This document shows positions 36,080-49,201 of a stretch of DNA of 64,000 nt, piece after piece. The translations under genes were made by a program, and so were the position numbers. The DNA is from Ostrea edulis. Lineage: Eukaryota. The notes beneath the pieces are model-generated. The model saw nothing but the letters and a program-made list of their open reading frames with translations. It was not told the origin of the DNA and ran no database searches. Location: NCBI RefSeq assembly GCF_947568905.1, contig NC_079164.1, positions 92,318,001 to 92,382,000 on the forward strand. The letters are read 5' to 3'. Position 1 is the stretch's first letter. Every line of letters begins with the position of its first letter.

Positions 36080-38974
36080 ACTGGACATTTATGATTTGGT
36101 TTACATTGGCTTTTGGGGTTGTTTTTTTTTATACATCAGAACAAATATTGGTAGTTTTATATTATGAGACATTACATTTTGTCTCCCAGCTCCTGCCTAG
36201 TTACATCTATGCTTTTGTTTTTGATCCATCAAGACTGCCATCACATATTGACTTGTCTGTACCGCAGATTATTGGGCACATTCCTGATTGATTTCATTTG
36301 CTGTTTGCAGAATGTATATTCCTTATTCACAATATACATATTATTAGAAACCTTTTTTTATATATAAAAATTCTCATCAAGTTCCTATCACAATTTTGTG
36401 ATATTTGCTATGTTGTATGACACTAACTTATCTTGTTATTGTGTGCCAATACAGAAATGTATTTCATGTACAGTGCAGACAGCTTCTTAGCATCTTTCTC
36501 AGCTACTACAAAAATCTGCTAATATCATATTTAACTGCTACAGATTATACGCTAACCTTTGATGGAGGTATACAACTGCGCATGCCACTATCTGTTACCG
36601 GATTACCTATGAATAGTGTACATGTATAAGCCTTTCTTCTGGTCAATCAGAAGTTGGGCTGTATGAGAGATTAGTAGGTTTTAGTTCTCAGGATTGTGTT
36701 GATGTTTTTCTCAGGTATTTGCACAAAAATTTTGCTTCAGTATTCCCTCACAATTCATTGCGAGAGGGTATATAGGAACGGGAACATTCATGTGTGGGTG
36801 AGTAACACTGAGTTTGTAGACACCCTACATCAGGTCACTTGTTTTGCTTGATTGATTTGGTACTTCATAGGTAGCTTTGTTATCAAGAAGAAAATTGAAT
36901 TTGGGTTCAAAAGGTCAAGGTTCAAGGTCACTACAAGACTTCATAGAAAAAGTTTATAGACACTCTAAAGCCCACATTTATTTGCTCGACTTATTTGATA
37001 CTGCTATTTCTCATGTAGCTTATTATCAAGAGAAGAGCCCTATTGATTTTGGGATCCAAAGTTCAAGGTCACTATGGAATGTTGTAGAAAAAGTTTTGAG
37101 ACACTCATTGCAAGGGGATATTGTCAATAACAAAAGATTATAGATAACAAAAACTTTGTTGAAGAGAAATTTAATTATACATACTCCACAGGAAAAAGAC
37201 CTACAGAGTACAAGAATATCAAACATGTTTCTGGAGTTATTTATTTACAAATGTGGAAAGTAAAATTTTATTTTTCAATACAAATTGTGGACATAAAATA
37301 TTGTTCGTTTTAATAGGATAGTAATTGATAGCAATTCCGACAAACAATTTTGCACTGCATGTAGATTGAAATAAGTTTAACCCTTTTTATATAAATTCTC
37401 AGTACGTTTCATCTAGCTACACCTAATGCATGATGTCTGTATTATATTCAAATAGTATGTGACAAATCTTGTTTATACAATACTCATTGTTGTGGAATTA
37501 TAGTGTATTTAATCTTCATGTAAACAGTGTATACCCAACCATGTAGAATGAACACAGGCCTTAAAGAATTTCTATCTGACAGCAATAATCAAATTCATTG
37601 TGTGTGACATGTTTATTTTCTAAATGCATTTGAAAACTGTTGTGATATTATTATAATATACATGTTTTCTGCATGCTAATGAGTATATAACCGTTTTGCA
37701 CAATTACAATATTCATTTGTGGCATTAGACTTTGAAGAAATAGTTGTGATATCACAAGTATTATTATATTTTGATTTTCTATTTTATAGATACATATCTT
37801 TGTAAATTATATGCATATTACATTTACTCTGTCTTGATATTGAGAGACAGTAGATGATGTGTGGTATATGTATAGTACACTATGTGTGATCATTGTAAAA
37901 GATTGGCAATAGAACTGAACTTTGCCAGTGTAGTAAAAATTTGGCTCTCTATACAAGTAAGGTACATTGTATGTTATATTTTACTTATATAAAAAATTAG
38001 TGAAACATAGTTATGCATTTCAAAATTTAAAATAAATTTCGCATTCATGTTAGAAATATGATTTCAATCATCGTGAAGTTATGCTATCAGATAAACTTTG
38101 AGATTAACGTTACTTCAACGGCAATGTCGTCGGTAAACCCGCCAACACTAAAATCGACAGTCAGCAAGCCTCACGCCATTAACATGATTATTTGCAAAGA
38201 AGATAATAAGGAAAATGATTCAAGATTTGCACATAACTTACAGAAAGCCCTCTAATCAGTTTTAAATTCAGAATATATTGTTGCACAATAATTTTATTTG
38301 AATAAAAGGCAATTTTGAAAGCAATTCGTAACAGCTTTTAATTCATTGTGATGTATCGCCAAAGAAAGGAAAATCCCCCAATCCTGAAGAGAACTAGACT
38401 AAGATAGACAACTCTGTACGGGATACAAGGGGGAACAGAATGGAAAGGGTCGGGTGATTAATATTATCTATACCAACCATGCACCGGTGTACATGTAACT
38501 CTGAATTTGTGAATATCTTCAAACTTTATTTCATTCTATATTTTAAATGCTCGAGACTTGCATACACTTGTACTTATGGTTATTTTAAATAGATAATTTT
38601 CTTGCAAGAAACACATTTTGTTTAGAAGAATGAAGCAATATACTGTATGATTTACAAGACATGGATATAAAATTCATAGTTTTTATAATTCTGTACACAG
38701 CAGATGTGTATCTATATTGTTTAAAGAAAACCCTGGTTTTGAGATTAAATCAACTATGGTAGAAAAATATGAAATGTTCAGATGAAATTTTGAATTTGGC
38801 AAATTATTCTGCACCAAATAATGAAAATGAGAAAAATGTCTTTCAACTAAAAATGTTATAAAGGGTCAACAAAAATGCTTTGAATGTAGATTATCTAATT
38901 GTGTGTAGTGATTTCAACTATCAAACAGGTAGCACCGAAATTGATAGACATGTAAAAAAAAAAATCGTTTCATT

Positions 38975-39146
38975 TGATATAGGGCTCACGGCGGGTATGA
39001 CCGGTCGACAAGGGATGCTTACTCCTCCTAGGCACCTGATCCCACCTCTGGTGTGTCCAGGAGTCCGTGTTTGCCTAACTATCTATTTTGTATTGCTTAT
39101 AAGAGTTATGAGATTGATCACTGTTTGTTATCTTCACCTTTCATTG
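38975..39146 (+). mobile_element. Solo 3' terminal segment of a Penelope-like element
   Basis: GATATAGGGCTCACGGCGGGT...TTATCTTCACCTTTCAT matches the tails at ~41850-42008 and ~44230-44416; a tiny tail remnant is also at ~14125-14156. Confidence 0.8.
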
Positions 39147-39939
39147 AATGCTGGTCACTCAGTGAAAACCCTTATGAGCTGCAGCAGACGTTTACTTGTG
39201 CAATGGGGACAGTTATGGGCGGCGGGAAAAGTAAAAATTAAAGAAATTTGATACAAAACGAAGAAATACATACCGACTCTATTTCAAAATCAGTCAACCA
39301 CTTTGCAAAGCGAACGACCACCAATGCAAAACCAAGTCATTTACAGAATCAGCTCTAGATGACGTAAGATTCAGTTCGTATTTTGATTTTTGTACCTCGT
39401 GTACTACATGAGGTAGTGAATACTGGAAAATGAATACATTATACTGCTGAACAATGAAAAAAATGCAATGAGATAAGAAACTTTTTTTTTTAAAAATATG
39501 TATCTAAAACACAAGATCAAAATGAGAACATCTTAGAATACCCGGTATCAATTAAAAATTCCACGGATCTAAGGAGAATGCAAATTTCATATGGAAGCGA
39601 ATATTGAAAATCAAATCAAACTATTAGAAATTAACGCTACTCTCAAATAGATGAGATACAAATGATTACTTGTAAATAAAATTGATTAATTCTATGGGCA
39701 AAAATGCAGAAGGGCTTATGTAAGATCGATATCCATCTGGATGAGAAAAGATGAAAAAAGTACTTCATATTTTTTAATCAAGAGAGAGAAAAACAAGTTG
39801 CAATATGATTACCAAAGTTGATAATAACAATAATGTTATTTATGAAGAAAATGATGGCATTATGTCAAATGCATTCAAATTATGTAGTTACTTGTATAAA
39901 GTGAAAATTGTATTGAAAAAAGGATTTATTTTATTTTAA

Positions 39940-40695
39940 GGGGGCATGGACACATTTTGAACTAAACGTTTTCATTTACTTTCCCAATTCTAATGTTTAC
40001 AAGGTATTCTAATGGTCAGTAAAATGTGAATGTCAGTTGGTGAGATACAGCACTCTCAATTCTTTGTTATGTAAACAGACTCGTGGAATATTTTTGTGTA
40101 CATGTAAATTGCTTAATAGAAAATATGTTTAAAATAAAATGAGATATTACAAACACTAGAAACTGTTTAACTGATTTCAGAATTAACTTGTAATTTGAAA
40201 AATCTGCTTTAAACAAAAACCTTACTAGTACAATGTGTATATAACCTATGTAAACAAAAACAAAACCTTACTAGTACAATGTGTATATAACTATGTAAAC
40301 AAAAACAAAACCTTACTAGTACAATGTGTATATAACCTATGTAAACAAAAACAAAACCTTACTAGTACAATGTGTATATAACCTATGTAAACAAAAACAA
40401 AACCTTACTAGTACAATGTGTATATAACCTATGTAAACAAAAACAAAACCTTACTAGTACAATGTGTATATAACTATGTAAACAAAAACAAAACCTTACT
40501 AGTACAATGTGTATATAACCTATGTAAACAAAAACAAAACGCAAACCTTGTTTATACATAACAAAGAATTGTGACCTCTGTATCTGTCTTGTAACTCGAC
40601 AATTTTTGCTGTCCATTAGAAATACCTCACTTAAATATTGAAAGTGGAAAAATTAAATTTGAACATTTTCAGTTCAAATCGTGTCTACATGTATA
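39940..40695. mobile_element. Decayed TTAA-flanked MITE containing a 47-48-bp minisatellite (~40220-40540)
   Basis: TTAA|GGGGGCATGGACACATTTTGAACT versus AGTTCAAATCGTGTCTACATG; about 7 units of AAACCTTACTAGTACAATGTGTATATAACCTATGTAAACAAAAACAA. Confidence 0.55.
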
Positions 40696-40865
40696 TTAGA
40701 AATTGTAACAAGTTACTGACCTTGGTACAGTGTATGAAAGCTACAGATCATATGTAAAACAGAAAGACATATAGCGGGAATTGCAAGAATGATATTTAAC
40801 ATATATGAACACTATGAATCATTATCTTGATTTATTGTTAGATTTCAAAAGGATATTCGACTTAT

Positions 40866-42008
40866 AGTGAATTTGAAATCGCAGAACCTTTCTCGGATCA
40901 ACAACATCAAAACGTATGACTTTTCAACACTTTACACCATTCCTCACGGTAAATTAAAGACTAGACTTTTTGACATCATAGACTGTTGCTTCTTCAACAA
41001 AAGTGGAATAAGGAAATTTTGGTATCTAGTGATCAGTCATCCTAAAAATTACTTTGTTAAACGCCACTCTGATTCCACGCACAAGTACTCTGAAGTCGAA
41101 ATAAAAAATATGCTTGAATTCCTCATTGAAAATATCTTCTTAGTCTTTGGTGATCAGGTCTTCCAAAAGTCTGTTGGAATTCCAATGGGCACAAATTGTG
41201 CTCCTTTGTTAGGTGACATTTATGTATGAAGCAGAATTTATTCAAAAGCTTCTACCGGCACATGAGAAGAAAAAAATCTCTTGCTGTGGCTTTCAAATCG
41301 ACATTTGGATATATCGACGACGTTTTAACTACTAACAATAATAATTTTCATTCACATGTCGATTCGATATATCCCAGTGAACTCGAAATAAAAGACACCA
41401 CAAAGTCGTTCACTTCTGCTTCATACTTAGATATTCTATTGAAAATAGATATTAACGGCAAACTAACAACTGAACTTTATTACAAACAGGATGATGCAAA
41501 GTGGAGATATCAGCTTCTCCATCGTCAACTTCCCACATTTATGTAGCAATATTCCAGTATCACCTGCATATGGTATTTATATCCCTCAACTAATTCGATA
41601 CGCAAGATCTTGTTCTGCGTATGATCAGTTTTTAAATCGAGGCAGGCTACTGACAAACAAGTTGATGGTGCAAGGGTTTCAACAGTCTCGATTAAAGTCA
41701 GCATTTCGCAAATTCTATGGTCGTTTAAACGATCTAGTTTGCCAATACAACCAATCATTGGGTCAAATGTTGTCTGACGTGCTTCATACCGATTGTTAGA
41801 CCGTTCTTGGCACACTGATTCTGACTACGGATAACTCTGTTTACCTGATCAAGATATAGGGCTCACGGCGGCTGTGACCGTTCGACAGGGGATGCTTACT
41901 CCTCCTAAGCACCTGATTCTACCTGTGGTATGTCCAGGGGTCCATGTTTGTCCAACTCTTTATTTTGTAATCCTTGTGGGAGTTATGAGATTGATCTTCG
42001 CCTTTCAT
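40866..42008 (+). pseudogene. 5'-truncated, frameshifted Penelope-like reverse transcriptase with 3' tail
   Basis: Motifs TYDFSTLYT, GIPMGTNCAPLL, YIDD, SYLD, FSIVNFP...SNIP.SPAYG.YI.QLIRYAR across three frames; no C-terminal GIY-YIG before the stop. Confidence 0.85.
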
Positions 42009-43199
42009 TGTGCAAAATTTAACGTGGAGAGAATTTCATTAGCATGATAAAAACCCTCTACACCAGTCCTACATTACTTCAAAATAGGGGGGGGGGGGTG
42101 GCATGTATGGATTTCAATATCAAAGAGGAATACGTCAAGCCTGCCCGATGTTTGCACTTTGTTTCATGTATGTATGAGAAATACTGGATATTAGAAGTAG
42201 CATTAATATACCAGTTTTCACGTGTAGTAGTTTGGACTTTGGTATTGTGTGTTGTGTTAGTCCCTATTTGCTACCTGGCTATAATAATTGTATTTACTAC
42301 ATATGATAGGGGTGTTTTTTACTTGTAAATGAATATAATTTCCGAGTGACAACAAAATTCAGTTGATGTGATATATTGTATAGTAGAATTTATGTCAAAA
42401 AGGGAAAGTTTAATTGTGATTTAGTGTATCATGTAAAACTTTCAAAACTCTGAGATGTTTTGTTTTCTTTCATGTTAATAACTTATTTATGTATGATTTT
42501 TATAAAAGAGAAAAAACTCAATAGATTTCGCAATATTAAGGGTATAAATATTAAGAATCGAAAACTAAGCAAATCATACTCCACTTAAATTTTGATATAC
42601 TTATCATTTATCAGACAATGTAATATTACTGATACAAAAAGAGTTGTAAAGTATTTTTTGGACATATTGCAATAAAAATTATCCTTTTATTGAACTTTCG
42701 TAACTGACATTGAAAACAGATGTCATTTGACCAATTGACTTTATTTTCGATGTGGGATACAAAAATAATGCTCAGATTTTAAATTAGGTGCACATTAAAC
42801 TTTCTCACTTTTATTTAGCTAGAAAATGTTAATGGAGCTGTGAAAATATACTTTCCATTGCTTGGTCAATAACATTCAGCATGATTTGCATGAGTTACAC
42901 CCCTTATCAAAAGAAAGTCACTACCCTCCTTTTTAGTCAATTTTGATGGACGTTTTGTTTATCACGAACCTAATTGAAGATTAATTTTATTGCGGCTCGT
43001 TTAAGTATAAGCTGTATATTGACTAGACTACGGTGATTTCCATTTGTTCATACATTAGAAAGATATCTAACTTACTTTCAATTTCACACATAAAAATAGT
43101 GAGCTTGATATTGTTTCAATTTAGTTATGGCTACTAGTATTCAAAAAACGAATTTTTTGGCTATAAAATTTATCTATAGAACCTTGTTACATTTGACTG

Positions 43200-44416
43200 A
43201 AGTGGAACCTTAACGAAGCATGTACGGACCATGGATGATATTCCTTCCAAATCATGCCGTCAGTTCCTTGCTCAAATTTACAAACAAAGGAATAGATGCC
43301 GTCAACATAAGCAACATTCTTCGTCATAAAAGGGTTCAGTCGTGTATTCCAACTTATTTCAAGTTCAAGTCTACACCCTGTATTTCCTACAGCTATACTT
43401 CTACTATTGCATCCAAACTTTTTAATTATAAACAAACTTTGCAGTGCATAGATATAGACCATCTTATACGTAATCCATCAACATGTTCTTGTTCTTCATC
43501 TTCTTTCAACTATAGTCCAGCTGGACATGTCATTACTGGTGATGTTGATATAGTTGAAAATGAGGACCTCAAATCACTTATTCTTAAAGGTCCTAAATAC
43601 AGAGAACCTCGGTCTTTTAATTGGCGATAGAACTTCATCTCTATTATGAGTTCTGTCGAAGATTATGCCAGACGATGGGCTAAATATGAAAAAGAAGAAC
43701 TTGATACATTGTCAGAATGGGTTAAAAGCATAAGAGGAATATTAAAATCCCGCATTAGACACATGAAAACAAAAGTACGTACCATCTATCCTTCTGTGTT
43801 TAGTAAACCAGAAGTGATAAAAGAATTAGATAGGTTACATGAGGAATATGTTTTGATTCCAGCTGACAAAGCTAGTAACAACTCAACTGTATGACAAACG
43901 GGATGATTTCAGCTTCTCCATCGTCAACTTCCCATATTTATGTAGCAATATTCCATTATCACCTGCATATGGTGTTTATATATCTTAACTGATTCGATAT
44001 GCAAGAGCTTGTTCTGGGTATAGTCAGTTTTTAAATCGAGGTAAGCTACTGACAAACAAGTTGATGGTACAGGATTTCAACAGTCTCGATTGAAGTCAGC
44101 ATTTCGCAAATTCTATGGTCGTTATAACGATCTAGTTCGTTAATACAACATCGCATTGAGTCAAATGCTGTCTGACGTGTTTCATACCGATTGTTAAGCC
44201 GTTCTTGGCACACTGATTTTGACTGCGGATAACTCTGTTTACCTGATCAGGATATGGGGCTCACGGCGGGTGTGACCGGTCAACAGGGGATGCTAACTCC
44301 TCCTAGGCACCTGATCCCACCTCTGGTGTGTCCAGGGGTCCGTGTTTGCCCAACTATCTATTTTGTATTGCTTATAGGAGTTATGAGATTGATCACTGTT
44401 CGTTATCTTCACCTTG
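43200..44416 (+). pseudogene. Internally deleted Penelope-like element (pre-RT region fused to RT C-terminus and tail)
   Basis: CSC...GHVITGD...KGPKYREP...PADKASNN is joined at ~43876-43882 to QLYDKRDDFSFSIVNFP; same 3' tail as 41850-42008. Confidence 0.8.
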
Positions 44417-44794
44417 CATGTGTTAAATTTAATTCCGATTTGATTTCTCTTTTCTACAAATGGTTTAATGCAAGGGGAAGCATTGTATCCTTTCCTCTTT
44501 TCTCTTTATGCATGTATCAATGATTTTGAAGGTGAACATCTTTTAAGCATATGTGAACCAACCCAGGTAAGAGATTTAGTATTGTTGATGAGTCAACTAA
44601 TATTAGTATCTCAACAAGTGGTCATCTCTAAAGCTTACAGAAGGTGTAGAAACTGACTATTCAGAACGACTATGAGGGTGATCGGTGGAAAATAACATAT
44701 CTTGGATAAATTATTGGTTCTGTATAACAATAATTTCATTCTAAAAGGGGGATATGTACAATAGATCTCTACAAGCTATCCACACTTCAGGTGC

Positions 44795-44862
44795 CTGTGA
44801 TGGTGACGTCTCCATATGAGTGAAAACTTCTTGTGCGGGACGTTAAACAATATACAATCAAT
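44795..44862 (+). mobile_element. SINE 3' tail fragment
   Basis: GGTGACGTCTCCATATGAGTGAAAA...GACGTTAAACAATATACAATCAAT is the reverse complement of the tails at 7140 and 48012. Another tail fragment (-) is at ~46485-46545. Confidence 0.65.
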
Positions 44863-44869
44863 TTATCAG

Positions 44870-44896
44870 TAGATTGATTGTTTTACGTCATGTCGG

Positions 44897-44935
<39 letters not shown>

Positions 44936-46253
44936 TATATTGAGATTTCACCAGTATGGAGCGCCAAATTAACATAAACTCAAATAATTGAAGATTAATA
45001 CAATTATTTGAAGATATCATCACTTCAATTATTTCTCTCTTTAATTGAATTAATGCACGCATTAAATCAATTATTGCTCTCATCTAATGAATTAATGAGC
45101 GCTTCAATTATTGCTCTCATCAATTGAATTAATGCGCGCATCAATTGAATGAATGAGAGCAATAATTGATTTAATGCGCGCTTTTATTCAATTATTGCTT
45201 TCTTCAATTCAATTTATTCGCGCATCAATTGAATTAATAAGAGCAATAATAGATTTGATGCGCGCATTAATTCAATTATTGTTCTCTTCAACTCAATTGA
45301 TGAGAGCATCAATTTCGTAGACATTTTGCTCGCAATAATTAATTTAGAGCTCGGTATAAATAATTTGATGATCTTTTTAATTCAATTGAAGATATCTTTA
45401 ATCATTTACAATGCGTTTGTATAAGGAATTAATGCAGTCATCAATTCTTTTAGAGAGAGGAACAATTCAATTAAAGAGATCATTAAGTCAATTGTGATTA
45501 TGTTGAACTGAAAATATCTTTAATTATATAGTTGCTCTCTCTAAAAGAATTATTGCTCTCTTCAAATGAATTAAAGATATCATTAATTCAATTGAAGAGA
45601 GCTATAATTGAATTAATGCGCGCATTAAATCAATTACTGCTCTCATCAAATGAATTAATGCGCGCATCAATTCAATTATTGCTCTCATCAATTGATTTAA
45701 TGCGCGCATTATATCAATATTATTGCTCTCTTCAATTGAATTGTAGCGCGCATCAATTCAATTGTTGATATCATTAATTCATTTGAAGAGATCATTAATT
45801 CAATTAAAGCGCGCATCAATTCAGCTGAAGAATTAATGCTATCATCAATTCAATTAATGCGCGCAATAATTCAGAATTGAAGATATCATTTGAAGAGATC
45901 TTTAATAAAAAATTTGCGCGTATCAAATGAATTGATGATATCTTCAAATAATTGAAGATATCTTCAATTATTTGAGTTTATATTAAGTTGGCGCTCCATA
46001 CACCAGCTCTAGGTGACGTACCTTTAGATTTATGCTTAGCGCTCAGGGCCGTAGCAGTGAGGATTCTTTATCGTGCCAACGCCTGCCGCGACACGGTCAG
46101 TGTTCTCACTTCTAAATTCCGATTCTTTGACGAAGGAGCAAGATCACTACCTATTTTAACGTCTTGGGTATGACAAGGCCATAACACGAGCGGGATCGAA
46201 CTCACGACCTCCCGGCTATGGAGCGAACGCTATCACTAATCTACCGCGACCGG
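44870..46253 (-). mobile_element. tRNA-derived SINE (7140 family) interrupted by a MITE
   Basis: Tail at ~44870-44954; body and tRNA-like head (B box GTTCGATCCC on minus) at 46001-46253; collinear with the 7140 copy once the insert is removed. Confidence 0.85.
44955..46000. mobile_element. Foldback MITE with TATGG termini and 6-bp TSD (IS3EU-like)
   Basis: ~40-bp TIRs TATGGAGCGCCAAATTAACATAAACTCAAATAATTGAAGA / TCTTCAATTATTTGAGTTTATATTAAGTTGGCGCTCCATA; TSD CACCAG at 44949-44954 and 46001-46006; internal degenerate ~20-bp repeats. Confidence 0.85.
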
Positions 46254-46831
46254 TATCAGTAGGAAACTCCCGCGGGCATAGTGTATGTATGTAAAACATC
46301 GTCGTCGCTAGCCACGGTTACTGAGTCCTACCATACCTCAAAACGGAGACAATAGGCGTAGCTTGCAACGATGGTAAAACATAAGTTCAATGTTCACTGA
46401 GGTTGATGTCATTTGGCAAATGAGCAATATCTATCTCAAACTGAACACGGTTAGGCCAAATGGTCATCAGAAAATGACATTTGGGTTATGTTGATTGGAT
46501 CTTGTTTAATGTTTCTCTCGTGAATTTTTCACTCATATGGAGACGGAGAATTCTTTGACTCAAGCACAGAAAATCATCGGAGACGGTATTCTTCATAGCT
46601 ATCAATCTTTACTTTTTCGGGTGTAGAATACATTATATATATGCCAAATGCGTAGTTTGACGGGGGAAATTGCTTGAACATAAGCAACACATAATGTCCT
46701 CTGTCATCTTTATACACCTGTAAACATTATACGATTGTGATTTCAGACACGGTACTGCCATCTTTGTAGCAATTTTCAGCTGAAAAGCTTGGAGATTATT
46801 TGTAGTTCATAGAATACAATTCAACAATACT

Positions 46832-46880
<49 letters not shown>

Positions 46881-47828
46881 TATGAGTTGAATGGGTCATC
46901 AACTGTATTCACTATTTTGATTCATAAATTTGAAGTCACCCCCCTCCCCCCTTATATAGATTGTGGTTTGTGAAATCATGAGAGCAGAGACGCACGCTAC
47001 ATAACGGGGTCAGCTTCTTCCTGGGGATTACTGGGGTAGTTACAAGCACTTATATGACTTGTTTACAATTACATTAACCTGAAACTGGGACTGCTGTGAC
47101 ATCAGAGGTGTGGAATTCTATTCATAAATTAAATGTAAACAATTTATGACGAACATCCACCAACCAACCACCTCCGTTGTTTGCACCAGCCCCCCCCCCC
47201 CTTTTTTTTTTTTGTTTAAAAAGTTATTAAGGAATAAATTTGTTTTCATGCCCTGCATTATATGAACAGCCTAGGCACTTATTCATTACATCTATAATTT
47301 TCTATATTTTATATTATAGAGAGGTAATGAGAGCTTCCATGACAAGCTGAAAGGTCATATACGCGTTTTATATTGGTGTAAGTTATAATAACATTGACAA
47401 GGTTTTGAAGAAAAACTAGCTCCCATCCTAAAGTATTGACATGGTTATTTGATTGGTAGAAAAACTTGATGGTGTAATAAAGAAGGATTCAGGATGCTTC
47501 ACACGTTTCTATTTGTAACCGACCTTAAGACCTGTCACGCTGTACAGTGTGTGTCAAAATTAAGACACAACTAAAATCGAATCTAACACTCATACTTTTG
47601 ATGTTTTTCAATAAAAAACAGTTATGAAACACATGGCATGACATCTTTGAATATATTATTCATTAATATGAATATTATTTGTGATCTTGATATAAAATTA
47701 GTCGTGTTCACTCACCCATTTTATATCCCGTGAAAAGGATATACTTTTGATATAAGCTGTAGACATGAATATAAATATCACAAAGATGAGATGATGTGAT
47801 AGTTTCAAATTGTGATCCATTTTTCACC

Positions 47829-48977
47829 ATGGATACTTTTGTCTTATCATTTGGAATCCTTTGTGTGCAGGTAAATTTTCTGTATAAATTATTATATAGC
47901 TGAATGACCTTACCAAGAGAAACCTTTTTTTCAGTTTGCCTGCATCCTTGTTTGTGTCTTAACTATTCCCATCAACAATTGTACATGGTTGATGTAATTC
48001 TAGTATAGAAATGATTGATTGATTGAATATTGTTTTACGTCTCTCTCGAGAATATTTCACTCATGAATATGGAGACGTCACCACTGCCGGTAAAGGGCTG
48101 CAAAATTTAGGCCTATGCTCGGCGCTTATGGCCATTGAACAGGGAGGGATCTTTATCGTACCACACCTGTTGTGACACGGGACCTCGGTTTTTGCGGTCT
48201 CATCCGAAGGACCGCCATATTTAGTCGCCTCTTACGACAAGCAAGGGGGTACTGAGGACCTATTCTAACCCGGATCCCCACGGGATTATAGAATTGGTAA
48301 AGATATTTTGTAGAACTAGATAATTCTTAAATGTTACTATGTTTTTCGTTCTTTGTTAGCCCCCCCCCCCCCCCTCCTCAAATTTCACATTCACGGGTTT
48401 TCACTAAACAAAGATACTTAATTTGAATATAGGACTTTCAGGATATCTTAATTTAGATTAACCCACTTAATATCATTATACTAGTAGATCTAACATAAAT
48501 GCCAGTCTCAATGTCGAATGAAGTATCATTTACTAATCCTTATTGAACTAAATTCATGAATGGCTGTGGCATGCACAGCTTTAACATCAAATCTATATTC
48601 TATCGCAGAAATATGGTATAGATGCTGAAATATTGGGTAATTTACTGCTTTTCGTAGATTTTTGAAAGCACATATATTTCGTTTCCTCGTTGCACGTATT
48701 TATTCAACGATTCCGTAAACAAGATTCAGAGACGGTCTTCATAATCAAGATGCGGTATTTAATTACCATATATGGACAAATTAATGAAAGTATTACGTAA
48801 AAGGAAACATCATCTTTGTTAGCCAAAGGTTTCTGATGATGTTGAAAATTTGTGAATTTATTATATTCAAAACATTTTAGGTTGAGTTCTTGAATATTTT
48901 GGAATTCAATTTTTTAAAGTCAAATAGCTAAACAGAAATAGTCGTCTAGCGATATAGATGGCTCCTCGAAAGGTCAA

Positions 48978-49018
<41 letters not shown>

Positions 49019-49148
49019 TAAAAAATAAAAATGAATCACGAAGACGTTTAGTAAAGCTTTAGCGCTTTCATTTCAAATCTTCATTAACGTCTTCGTGTTT
49101 CATTTTTATTTTTTACCTATACTTTTACCGATCATTGCGAAAAGTAAC

Positions 49149-49201
<53 letters not shown>

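Noticed and set aside
43627-43630. Selenocysteine recoding in the Penelope-like ORF
   Set aside because: The in-frame stop here is TAG, not TGA, the copy is decayed and no SECIS was evident.
47543-47975. Possible Tc1-like MITE enclosing astacin exon 1
   Set aside because: The left end TACAGTGTGTGTCAAAATTAAGACACAA has only an 11-bp inverted match on the right and no terminal match or TA flank.
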